From the NCBI GenBank assembly GCA_963714085.1, contig OY970229.1, positions 1,344,001 through 1,408,000 of the forward strand: a stretch of DNA of 64,000 nucleotides. Direction: 5' to 3'. The translations under genes were made by a program, and so were the position numbers. The DNA comes from an uncultured Candidatus Micrarchaeota archaeon. GTDB taxonomy: Archaea; Micrarchaeota; Micrarchaeia; Anstonellales; Bilamarchaeaceae. How positions within the stretch are numbered: position 1 is the first letter of the stretch; the number at the start of each line of letters is the position of its first letter. The notes below the pieces were generated by a model, which worked only from the letters and a program-made list of their open reading frames with translations, had not been told where the DNA came from and did not search any database. Below are positions 24,759 to 33,090 of this stretch, one piece after another.

Positions 24759-26318
24759 TTCTGAGATCAGGTCTATCAGGCTGTTCCTGAGCTCCTTGCC
24801 CCAGGTCGATGCGAATTTCCATAGGTTGCGCTCTGCGCTCTTCGCATTCGCTCCTTCGCGCGCCCTTACCGACCATATGAGGTCATCACCGCCCCGGACC
24901 GCGCCCTTTTCGAGGTGCCTTTCCACGGTCGCGATGACGCCAGCCGCATGAACGGAAGCGTTTGGGTGGGCGCGCCTCACGGAATCGAAGGCCGCGGATA
25001 CGATCTCCCTCCGCATGATGTCTATCGCGCCCACGATCAGGTCCAGGTAGGTCAGCACCTGGGTGGGTTTGCGTACGCCCATGCCCTCGAGCGAAAGCGC
25101 GGCGCGCAGGTCGTTGGTGTGCATGTCTGATGCGTCTATGGCGATCGCAGCCGGTGCCATGGTCCTGCCGACCCCGTTCGCAGCCATCCTCCTCTCGAGC
25201 GCCGCATTCACCTTCTCCGCCGCGATGCCTGGCGCGCCAGCGACTATGAATATGAGATTGGAGCCCGTGCGCCCGACCGCCATGCCCTGGCCTTCCACGT
25301 CCTTCAACGCCATGCCCGCGAGCTTGATCAGGTGGTCCGAAGCCTGCTTGCCCATATAAGTGTTTGAATAGCTCAGGCCGAACCTTCCGGAGAATATCTC
25401 CGCCAGCCCTTTCTTGCTGTGGTGTATGAAATCCAGGGGCGCGAACCTGTCATTCTGGCTCCTGTGGCTGAACTTGACTTCCACTGCGGACAGCCCCTTG
25501 GGCAGTATCATGGGCTCGTGTTTCCCTAGTCCGGGCTCGGGTTCTCCCTTTGGGAACGCGGGCCTGAACGCGGGGGGCATGCTGGGCACGAACCAGAGCT
25601 CCTCTCCCTCCGCCTTCACCACCGCCTCGTGGACGAATCCCGGCTTCAGCATTTCCGAAGTCACGATCTGCGGCTCGCTTATGTGGCTTTCTGCCACCAA
25701 CTCGGGCCTATTGAGGGCCCTTGAATATCTGCCCAGGTCCATGGGCACCAGCTCCACGCTCTCCTGCCCGTCAGTCCCGAACACGAGTTTCCTGACGTGG
25801 TATCCATACTCGGGCAGCTGCTCCATGTATTCCCTCAGCACCTGCGCGTGAACGTCAGCGAACTTCTCACGGCCTGTCTGGGAAAGCTGTTTCCGGTCTC
25901 CGGTCGCTATGAGTAGGATCTCGTCCGATACCGGGGAGTGCCTGACCAGGTAGGGATTGCCGCAGCCGGGTCCGTAAACCCTGGCCATGGTCGTTGCGAG
26001 CACGTCCATGTACAGCGCGAGCGCGGCGCCCCCGGCGCCATCGTGGTCGCCGGTCCGGTTTATCTGGTTCTGGCGTGCCTTGTCCGCACCGATTACCACG
26101 CATGCCGCCCCCTGGCGCGTGGCAGCCCTCTGCATAAGCGTCTCTTCTATCTCTCTCACGAACGCAGTCTTCTCCGGGACAGCGCCGCTGGAGCACACCG
26201 CCCATCTTCCCTCGTGCCTGAGCCGCTCGCACAGGGGCAGGACGCTCGAGAGCCTCGGCTCGGGGTCGACGTAGGCCGGCCATTGCTTCAGCGTCCTGGC
26301 GAGTTTTTGTGTGTTCAT
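24753..26318 (-). CDS. Protein with two degenerate GGDEF/nucleotide-cyclase-like palm domains
   Basis: VIGADK..QINRTGDHDGAGGAAL..LVRHSPVSDEILLI and GLSYSNTYMGKQASDHLI..VGRTGSNLIFIV. Confidence 0.6.
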   Translation of the reverse strand: MNTQKLARTLKQWPAYVDPEPRLSSVLPLCERLRHEGRWAVCSSGAVPEKTAFVREIEETLMQRAATRQGAACVVIGADKARQNQINRTGDHDGAGGAALALYMDVLATTMARVYGPGCGNPYLVRHSPVSDEILLIATGDRKQLSQTGREKFADVHAQVLREYMEQLPEYGYHVRKLVFGTDGQESVELVPMDLGRYSRALNRPELVAESHISEPQIVTSEMLKPGFVHEAVVKAEGEELWFVPSMPPAFRPAFPKGEPEPGLGKHEPMILPKGLSAVEVKFSHRSQNDRFAPLDFIHHSKKGLAEIFSGRFGLSYSNTYMGKQASDHLIKLAGMALKDVEGQGMAVGRTGSNLIFIVAGAPGIAAEKVNAALERRMAANGVGRTMAPAAIAIDASDMHTNDLRAALSLEGMGVRKPTQVLTYLDLIVGAIDIMRREIVSAAFDSVRRAHPNASVHAAGVIATVERHLEKGAVRGGDDLIWSVRAREGANAKSAERNLWKFASTWGKELRNSLIDLISEL

Positions 26319-26622
26319 GGTACTACCGCTATGGTGTTGCTGTAAGTATATATATGCGATAAACAGTATTTAAACCTATGGTTTTTCACTTTCTAACACA
26401 AAATGGGCCAGCGGGCCGGCCCTGGCCCGCCATCCGGCCTCCCCCGCCTTGAGATTCGTTTAAAAGCTTTTCTTTCCATACCCTTTTCCTGCGTATTATT
26501 TCCGGCGCAGAAGGGGTTTCCCCTTCGCCTCGAGAACATGTTTCCCGGGGTCCCGTGTCAACCGATAGGAGACTCGCTCTCTGAACGGTTTTCGGGCTAG
26601 CGCACGAAATAGGTGCAAATGC

Positions 26623-27567
26623 ATGGTAGACATCAATAAACCGAGACGAGGTTCCATGGGCTTCAGGCCCAGGAAGAGGGCCACGACCCAGAACGTGAGG
26701 GTATGCTGGCTTCCGGTGGCTGACAAGAGGGTCACCGGGTTCGCAGGCTACAAGGTGGGCATGACGCACGTCTCCTACACCGACCTGACGGAATCTCCGA
26801 CGAAGAACCAGGAGATCATGTCCGCGGCTACGGTCATCGAGGTGCCGCCCATGGTGGTCTACGGGGTCCGCTGCTACGACGCCGCGCGCTCCATAGGGGA
26901 CATACTCGCGCAGGACGAGAAGATACTCGCGACGCTTCGGATGAAGAAGAAGCAGCAGAAGGAGATAAAGGATGCCGAAGTGATGGATGTCCGCCTCCTG
27001 GCCTTCAGCCAGCCGGACAAGACGCTCATCGGCAAGAAGCACATAGAGTCCATGGAGCTCGGTCTCGGCGGCAAGGACGCGAAGGAGAAATTAGAGCTCG
27101 CGAAATCGCTCCTGGGCAAGGAGCTCAAGGCCAAGGGCATATTCAAATCAGGCGAATTCGTGGACCTCTGCGCAGTGACCAAGGGCAAGGGCTGGCAGGG
27201 GCCGGTGAAGCGCTTCGGGATCGCGAAACAGAGGCGCAAGGCCACGAACAAGGCGAGGCACGTCGGTACGCTGGGCCAGTGGCACCCGGCCTACGTATTA
27301 TATACGGTGCCGCAGGCGGGCCAGACCGGCTACCACACGAGGACGGAGCTCAACAAGCAGCTGCTCGCGGTGAAGGCCTCTGACGCCATAAACGACATAA
27401 ACCCGAAAAGCGGATTCCCCGGATACGGGTTCGTGAAGAACGATTACGTCATAGTGAAGGGCTCGGTTCCGGGCCCTGTGAAAAGGCTTGTTAAGCTCAG
27501 GCTCGCGGGAAGGGCCAAGACGGCGAAGGAGACCCCGTTGTCATACGTCTCCCTAGAGCCCAGGTGA
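26623..27567 (+). CDS. rpl3: 50S ribosomal protein L3
   Basis: PRRGSMGFRPRKRA, GYKVGMTH, TKGKGWQGPVKR. Confidence 0.98.
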   Translation: MVDINKPRRGSMGFRPRKRATTQNVRVCWLPVADKRVTGFAGYKVGMTHVSYTDLTESPTKNQEIMSAATVIEVPPMVVYGVRCYDAARSIGDILAQDEKILATLRMKKKQQKEIKDAEVMDVRLLAFSQPDKTLIGKKHIESMELGLGGKDAKEKLELAKSLLGKELKAKGIFKSGEFVDLCAVTKGKGWQGPVKRFGIAKQRRKATNKARHVGTLGQWHPAYVLYTVPQAGQTGYHTRTELNKQLLAVKASDAINDINPKSGFPGYGFVKNDYVIVKGSVPGPVKRLVKLRLAGRAKTAKETPLSYVSLEPR

Positions 27568-27572
27568 TGTCT

Positions 27573-28325
27573 ATGAAAGCCACCGTATATTCACTAGAAG
27601 GGAAGGTCCTCAAGCAGATAGAGCTGCCGCAGCAGTTCGAGGCCGCGGCAAGGGACGACCTCATAAAGAGGGCGGTCCTGAGCGAGGAGAGCAAGCTCTA
27701 CCAGCCGAAGGGCAACTACAAGTTCGCAGGACTCGAGACCAGCGCCAGGTACAAGGGGCGCAAAGAGGATTTCGGTACGGTCAAGAACAAGGGCATCCCG
27801 CACCTGCCCCACGAGGTCCTTCCGAAGGGCCAGCTGGGCAAGGTGAAGAGGGTCCCGCACGCGGTGAAAGGAAGGCGCGCGCATCCGCCCAAGCCGGAGA
27901 AGATACTCATCGAGAAGATGAACCCGAAGGAATACCAGAGGGCGCTCATATCCGCGATCGCCATGACCGCGGACCGCAAGGCCGTGGTCGCGCGCTGCAG
28001 CAGCGACATAGGCGTCTCGCTCCCGATCGTGATGGAGGACTCCTTCGAGAAGCTGGCCAAGACCAGCGACGTGGAGAAGGTGCTCGTCGCGCTCAAGCTC
28101 GACCGGTTCGTAGAAAAGGCGAAGAGGTCCGGCAGCAAGGCTCCGCTCATGGTGGTGGCCGGCGGCGCGGTGCTCAAAGCCGCAAGGAACCTCCCTGGCG
28201 TGGACGTGGTGACCGCGGACGCGCTCCAGGTGAGGCAGCTCGCCCCGGGCACGCACCCGGGCAGGATAACGCTATTCTCGGAATCTGCCCTGCTCAAGCT
28301 GGGCCAGAGGTTCGCAGGTGGATGA
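27573..28325 (+). CDS. rpl4: 50S ribosomal protein L4
   Basis: VKGRRAHPPK, RNLPGVDV, LAPGTHPGR. Confidence 0.97.
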   Translation: MKATVYSLEGKVLKQIELPQQFEAAARDDLIKRAVLSEESKLYQPKGNYKFAGLETSARYKGRKEDFGTVKNKGIPHLPHEVLPKGQLGKVKRVPHAVKGRRAHPPKPEKILIEKMNPKEYQRALISAIAMTADRKAVVARCSSDIGVSLPIVMEDSFEKLAKTSDVEKVLVALKLDRFVEKAKRSGSKAPLMVVAGGAVLKAARNLPGVDVVTADALQVRQLAPGTHPGRITLFSESALLKLGQRFAGG

Positions 28326-28326
28326 C

Positions 28327-28578
28327 ATGATGCTTATCGCGCCATTGAAGACGGAGAAGGCCGTTGGGAAGATAGAGTTCGAGAACGCGCTCACGTTCCG
28401 GGTGACCATGAACGCCACCAAGGAGGGCGTCAAGAAGGACGTCGAGTCGCTGTTCAACGTGAAGGTCGCATCGGTCCGCACGCTCATAGCCGCCAAAGGC
28501 GAGAAGCACGCGGTCGTGAAGCTCGCCAAGGAGTTCAAGGCCGACGACGTGGCCACGAAGCTCAAGATGATCGCTTAA
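28327..28578 (+). CDS. rpl23: 50S ribosomal protein L23
   Basis: PLKTEKA..ENALTFRV..LFNVKVASVRT. Confidence 0.96.
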   Translation: MMLIAPLKTEKAVGKIEFENALTFRVTMNATKEGVKKDVESLFNVKVASVRTLIAAKGEKHAVVKLAKEFKADDVATKLKMIA

Positions 28579-28590
28579 CGGTGAACGCTT

Positions 28591-29349
28591 ATGGGAAAGA
28601 GACTAAAACAGCAAAGGAGGGGAAGCGGGAGTCCGTCTTACCGGTCTCCGCACACGCGCTACAAGGTAGACTTGATGTACAGGACCTACGACGACACCGA
28701 GAAGGCCAGCGTGCTCACGGGCACGGTGCTCGCCTTCGTGGACGACCCTGCCAGGGACGCGCCGCTGATGAAGGTCCGCTACGAGAACAACGAGTCCGGC
28801 TACCTGCTCGCGCCCGAGGGCATCGCGAAAGGCGACACCGTCGACCTGGGCGCCCAGGCGAAGCTGAAGCTCGGCTCCGTGCTTCCGCTCTATCGGTTCC
28901 CGGACGGTGCGTACATATTCAATGTGGAAAGGAACCCGGGGGACGGGGGCAAGCTGGTCCGCGCGCCGGGCTCCTTCGCAACCGTGATCTCCAAGGAGGA
29001 CAGGTACGTCTACCTGAAGCTCCCGAGCAAGACCACGCTCATACTCTCAAACGAATGCAGGGCGCAGCTGGGGATAGTCGCCGGCGGCGGAAGGGGCGAG
29101 AGGCCCCTCATGACCGCAGGCGCCGCGCACTACAAGTACCACGCGCGCAACCGCTACTGGCCGCAGCTAAGGGGCGTGCACATGGCCGCTTATTGCCACC
29201 CGCACGGGGGCAAGCAGCACCACGTGGGCAAGCCCACGACTGTAGCGAGAGGGACTCCGCCCGGAGGCAAGGTCGGACACATCGCGGCCAGGAGCACCGG
29301 AAGGAGGAAGGCCAAGAAACAGGGCGCCGACGAGGAAGCCCAAAGGTGA
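28591..29349 (+). CDS. rpl2: 50S ribosomal protein L2
   Basis: MGKRLKQQRRG, HPHGG, PPGGKVGHIAAR. Confidence 0.98.
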   Translation: MGKRLKQQRRGSGSPSYRSPHTRYKVDLMYRTYDDTEKASVLTGTVLAFVDDPARDAPLMKVRYENNESGYLLAPEGIAKGDTVDLGAQAKLKLGSVLPLYRFPDGAYIFNVERNPGDGGKLVRAPGSFATVISKEDRYVYLKLPSKTTLILSNECRAQLGIVAGGGRGERPLMTAGAAHYKYHARNRYWPQLRGVHMAAYCHPHGGKQHHVGKPTTVARGTPPGGKVGHIAARSTGRRKAKKQGADEEAQR

Positions 29350-29353
29350 CGCT

Positions 29354-29752
29354 ATGGCAAGGAAATACACGTACAAGGGGATCTCCGAGGAGGAAATCCC
29401 GAACATACCGATGGATCAGTTCGTGAAGATATCCACTTCCAGGACCAGGAGGACGCTGCTGCGCCTGAAATTCAATCCCAGGCTCAAGGCGTTCATAGAC
29501 TCGGTCCGGAACGCCAAGAAGACCAACCCGAAGAAGATGATAAAGACGCATGTGCGCGACGCGCCCATACTGCCCGAGTGGGTGGGGCTCGTGTTCGGGG
29601 TGCACAACGGCAAGGAATTCAAGCGCGTGGACATCACGGTCGACAAGGTCGGCAGGCGCCTCGGCGATTTCTCGCACACCACCACAAGGGTGCTCCATTC
29701 GGGGCCGGGTGTGGGAGCCACAAGAGGCTCGAAGTTCGTGCCGCTTAAGTAG
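29354..29752 (+). CDS. rps19: 30S ribosomal protein S19
   Basis: IKTHVRD, VHNGKEF, GVGATRGSKFVPLK. Confidence 0.97.
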   Translation: MARKYTYKGISEEEIPNIPMDQFVKISTSRTRRTLLRLKFNPRLKAFIDSVRNAKKTNPKKMIKTHVRDAPILPEWVGLVFGVHNGKEFKRVDITVDKVGRRLGDFSHTTTRVLHSGPGVGATRGSKFVPLK

Positions 29753-29762
29753 AGTGGTCAGC

Positions 29763-30434
29763 ATGAAAGGTTACTCACTGGAATTCGACACAAAGGAATG
29801 CGCCTCCGCGAGGCTGGAAGGCGTCGACGCCTCATACAAGGACCTCTCCGAGGTCTGCGGCAGGATAAGGAGGAAGAACTCCGTATGGGCGCTGACCTTC
29901 CTGGAGAAGGCCGCGGCCGCGGAGATACCCATCCTCTATAGGACGCACAACACCAAGCTCGGCCATCGCAGGGAGCTCGGCGGAAAGCAGGGCCGATACC
30001 CGAAGAAGGCCGCTGGCATAGTGCTAAAAGTCCTCGAATCCGCGATAGCCAACGGGATGGCCAAGGGGCTGGGCGAGGTCTACACCATACGCACGTCCAC
30101 GGCGAACAAGAAGTTCTCCTACCCGCGCATGGCGCCAAAGGGCCGGACCGCGCGCTCCTACTACGAGCTTTCGCGGATCGAGATAGTGCTCAAGCCGTCG
30201 GCCACAGCGCCGAAGGCGAAGCCGGAAGCCAAGAAGGACGCCAAGCCGGAGCCGAAGAAGGACGAGAAGGCGGTGGCAAAAGCCGAGGACAAGAAGGCCG
30301 AACCACGCGCGACGCTCCCCCACGAGCACAAGCACGAGATCGAGAAGGAGGGGCAGTCCGCACACACTCACCACGACCAGTACGCAGTAGATCGTACGAA
30401 GGCGAGGAAGACGGAGATCAATAACGCGAGGTAA
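29763..30434 (+). CDS. rpl22: 50S ribosomal protein L22 with K/E/H-rich C-terminal tail
   Basis: SYKDLSEVC, GRYPKKAA, PKGR. Confidence 0.96.
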   Translation: MKGYSLEFDTKECASARLEGVDASYKDLSEVCGRIRRKNSVWALTFLEKAAAAEIPILYRTHNTKLGHRRELGGKQGRYPKKAAGIVLKVLESAIANGMAKGLGEVYTIRTSTANKKFSYPRMAPKGRTARSYYELSRIEIVLKPSATAPKAKPEAKKDAKPEPKKDEKAVAKAEDKKAEPRATLPHEHKHEIEKEGQSAHTHHDQYAVDRTKARKTEINNAR

Positions 30435-30438
30435 TGGA

Positions 30439-31206
30439 ATGCTTTACCACGACAAACTTATCGAGGAGTACTATACGAAGTACAAGATAATGAAGTACCT
30501 GGAGAAGGAGCTCGACAGGGCCGGCCTTGCGAGCATAGACATCCAGCGGACCCCGCTGGTGACCAGGATCACCCTCGAGGTGACCAACCCCGCGAGGATC
30601 ATCGGCAGGAAGGGCAGGCTCATCAACGAGCTCACAGACAACATCAAGAGGGAGTTCGGCATAGAGAACCCGCAGATATCGGTCATAGACGTGCGCGAGC
30701 CGTTCCTCGAACCGAGGATGGTGGCGAAGCGCGCCGCTAAATACATAGAGATGGGCAAGAAGGTGCGCGCAGTTTTGCACTACCTGCTGAAAGAGGTCAT
30801 CCGCGCAGGAGCGCTAGGAGCGGAGATCGTCGCCTCTGGGAAGATAGGCGCAAAGGGCGCGAAGGCCAAGAGGCTGCGCGTCTCAGGCGGCTACATACCC
30901 CAGGCCGGCGAGCCGGTGCGCCTCGTGCGCGTCGCGCACCTGGCCGCGAACACCAAGTCCGGTGTCATCGGCGTGCTGGTCAGGATAGTCCCTCCGGGCA
31001 CGGTGTTCCCGGGCCAGAAGGTGGAGGCGGTCCCGCTGCCCAAGGTCGTGCAGAGCGCGGAATCCGTCGAGGCCCCGAGCCCTCCGGAAGCACGCCCCAC
31101 GCACGCGAGCACCGCAGAAGCGGAGCAGCACGGGCGCGGAACGCGCGGCCATGACAACCGCGGACACGGCGGCCATGGGTACAGGCCCAGGCCCCCAGGC
31201 AGGTGA
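30439..31206 (+). CDS. rps3: 30S ribosomal protein S3
   Basis: KH domain PARIIGRKG, GALGAEIVASGK, GVIGVLVRI. Confidence 0.97.
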   Translation: MLYHDKLIEEYYTKYKIMKYLEKELDRAGLASIDIQRTPLVTRITLEVTNPARIIGRKGRLINELTDNIKREFGIENPQISVIDVREPFLEPRMVAKRAAKYIEMGKKVRAVLHYLLKEVIRAGALGAEIVASGKIGAKGAKAKRLRVSGGYIPQAGEPVRLVRVAHLAANTKSGVIGVLVRIVPPGTVFPGQKVEAVPLPKVVQSAESVEAPSPPEARPTHASTAEAEQHGRGTRGHDNRGHGGHGYRPRPPGR

Positions 31207-31211
31207 TTTTG

Positions 31212-31481
31212 ATGCCAGTGCTACGTACGAACGATATCAAGAAGATGTCTCCCAAGGAGATCCAGGCCAAGATGGCGCAGCTGGAGCGCACGCTCCTCGA
31301 ACTGGAGGGCGAAGGCAAGCACGAGAAGAGGAAGCCGGTTAAGAAGGCGATAGCCAAGCTGTTGACCGCGATCTCGCTCGCCAAGAAGGCAGCGGGCGCT
31401 CCCAAAACATTAAATACGGGTTCCGCTCCAAAAACATTAAATAGAGGCCCGGCCCCTAATATAAAAGCAGGAAAAAGGTGA
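31212..31481 (+). CDS. rpl29: 50S ribosomal protein L29
   Basis: LRTNDIKKMS..VKKAIAKLLT; position after S3. Confidence 0.92.
   Translation: MPVLRTNDIKKMSPKEIQAKMAQLERTLLELEGEGKHEKRKPVKKAIAKLLTAISLAKKAAGAPKTLNTGSAPKTLNRGPAPNIKAGKR
31398..31465 (+). repeat. 27-bp tandem repeat (~2.5 copies) in rpl29 tail
   Basis: gctcccaaaacattaaatacgggttcc / gctccaaaaacattaaatagaggcccg / gcccctaatata. Confidence 0.8.
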
Positions 31482-31491
31482 ATGAGAAAAG

Positions 31492-31812
31492 ATGGCTGAT
31501 ATCTGCAACAAGTGCGGAATGCTCAAGGACCTCTGCGTATGCGAGATCCTTGACAAACAGGGAGTAGCGAAAATCAAGATTTTTACGACCAAGAAGAAAT
31601 TCAAGAAGCTGGTCACCATCGTGGAGGGCATAGACAGCGCCCAGATAGAGCAGACCACGAGGGAATTGAAGCACAAGCTCGCCTGCGGCGGCTCGGCCAA
31701 GGAGGGCGTGATAATCCTCCAGGGCGACCACAAGAAGAAGGTTCCGGGGGTTCTCAAGGCGCTGGGATACCTGCCAGAGAGCATCGAGGTCTCGGAAAGG
31801 TTCGGCGGATGA
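31492..31812 (+). CDS. Translation initiation factor aIF1/SUI1
   Basis: CNKCGMLKDLCVC, LKHKLACGG, LQGDH. Confidence 0.96.
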   Translation: MADICNKCGMLKDLCVCEILDKQGVAKIKIFTTKKKFKKLVTIVEGIDSAQIEQTTRELKHKLACGGSAKEGVIILQGDHKKKVPGVLKALGYLPESIEVSERFGG

Positions 31813-32087
31813 GTTCCGTGAGGAACAAAAGCAATCTTCTTTATTCCACTTTCATAGGCCTAGCCGTGGAGATATCGAACAGCTCGCAGCGCGAGCTCGT
31901 CGGCTTGAAGGGGAAAGTGGTCGACGAGACGAAGAACCTGATCGTGATCGAGAAGCCCGACGGGAAGGAGACCAGGATCCCGAAGGCGTCTGCAGAGTTC
32001 CGCTTCACGTTGGATGACGGGACGAAATTCGAGATCGAAGGAAGGAAGATGAGCTTCAGGCCCGAGGAGCGGCCGAAGAAGGTCTGA
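31809..32087 (+). CDS. rnp1: RNase P protein component 1 (Rpp29/Pop4)
   Basis: FIGLAVEI..GLKGKVVDETKN..IPK..RPEER. Confidence 0.95.
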   Translation: MSSVRNKSNLLYSTFIGLAVEISNSSQRELVGLKGKVVDETKNLIVIEKPDGKETRIPKASAEFRFTLDDGTKFEIEGRKMSFRPEERPKKV

Positions 32088-32097
32088 CCTCTGTTTT

Positions 32098-32403
32098 CTA
32101 ATCAGCCGCTGATTCGCTGCTTTCCTTATGCGCTCTTAGGGTGCGTCGTCTTCGCTCAGACTCGTGTTGAGCGGGCTTGACTTCTCGCCCCTTGCCTAGC
32201 CTCGCATGATGCGGCTTATGTGCGCGAGCCTCTTTTCTGAGATCGCGAAGCTTTGAGTCGACGCGCTCGCCTATGCGGTCCATTAATATCTCAAAGCCCG
32301 TTTTCGGAGCGAACAGTCTCGGCTCAGGAACCCTCCCAGCGCGCACTTCCATCATAAAGCCCTGAACCTTTGCCAATCCCGCTCTGATTGTCACCGCTAC
32401 CAC
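32098..32403 (-). CDS. Hypothetical basic protein between two rnp1 3'-end copies
   Basis: 101-aa ORF, GTG start, AT-rich tract upstream. Confidence 0.5.
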   Translation of the reverse strand: MVAVTIRAGLAKVQGFMMEVRAGRVPEPRLFAPKTGFEILMDRIGERVDSKLRDLRKEARAHKPHHARLGKGREVKPAQHESERRRRTLRAHKESSESAAD

Positions 32404-32453
32404 CGAGTTATAGTAGCGACTTACAGTTTAAAACATGTGCGGAGCTGGCCCGG

Positions 32454-32486
32454 TTTAGACCGGAGGAGCGGCCGAAGAAGGTGTGA
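32454..32486 (+). repeat. Duplicate of rnp1 3' end (encodes FRPEERPKKV*)
   Basis: tttagaccggaggagcggccgaagaaggtgtga vs 32055-32087 ttcaggcccgaggagcggccgaagaaggtctga. Confidence 0.88.
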
Positions 32487-32595
32487 CTTCTTCTGTTCGG
32501 TGGAACCGAACGACTTGTTCGGAAATGCTAAACAGCGGTTTTCCTGGTGCCTACTCTTTTCCTGAAAAAAGCGGAATCGTTCGGTACCAGGTTCT

Positions 32596-33090
32596 CTACA
32601 GTTTGAGCTTTATCACTGCGTTCTTCTCGCTCCTGAGCGTTACCTCGTGCTCCATGAACAATTCATCGACCTTCGACAGATCGAAGTGCCTCGGCTTCCC
32701 GGACTTGTCCGCTGCCCGCAGCATCACCGTCCCTCCAGGCCCTGCGTCTATTATCGCCTTCTCGAGGTTCTCCACGTCCAGCTTGTGGTGGCTGGTCGGG
32801 AACACGTGCACCACCTTCCCGGAAAGCGGTGGCCTGGGCTCCTGCGGCCCCTTGGGATAGAACCGTGGCTCATCGCGCGCGAGCACGCTCAGCGTCCTCG
32901 CAGCGTCACGCAGCGCCGCCCTGGCTGCCGCTATCTCGCTCTCGGCTGCGGGATTGCGCGGCCTGGAAGCCATCGGTTTCATGGGCGCGGAGCCGCCCAT
33001 GCGCATCCTTCTCATAGCCGCGTTCCTGCTGCGTTTGTTCATCCTTGCCATAATCATCACTTTCATGAGCGTGAGACGTATTCCGGCCAT
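32596..33090 (-). CDS. Short paralog of the N-terminus of the adjacent beta-helix protein (possibly truncated)
   Basis: VHVFPT....DVENLEKAIIDAGPGGTVMLRA..EVTLRSEKNAVI aligns with the upstream gene. Confidence 0.65.
   Translation of the reverse strand: MAGIRLTLMKVMIMARMNKRSRNAAMRRMRMGGSAPMKPMASRPRNPAAESEIAAARAALRDAARTLSVLARDEPRFYPKGPQEPRPPLSGKVVHVFPTSHHKLDVENLEKAIIDAGPGGTVMLRAADKSGKPRHFDLSKVDELFMEHEVTLRSEKNAVIKLKL

Noticed and set aside
24860..24910. RGGDD motif as evidence for Cas10/type III CRISPR
   Set aside because: No cas genes, HD fusion or array in the window, and the motif lies outside the two palm-like segments, so it may be chance
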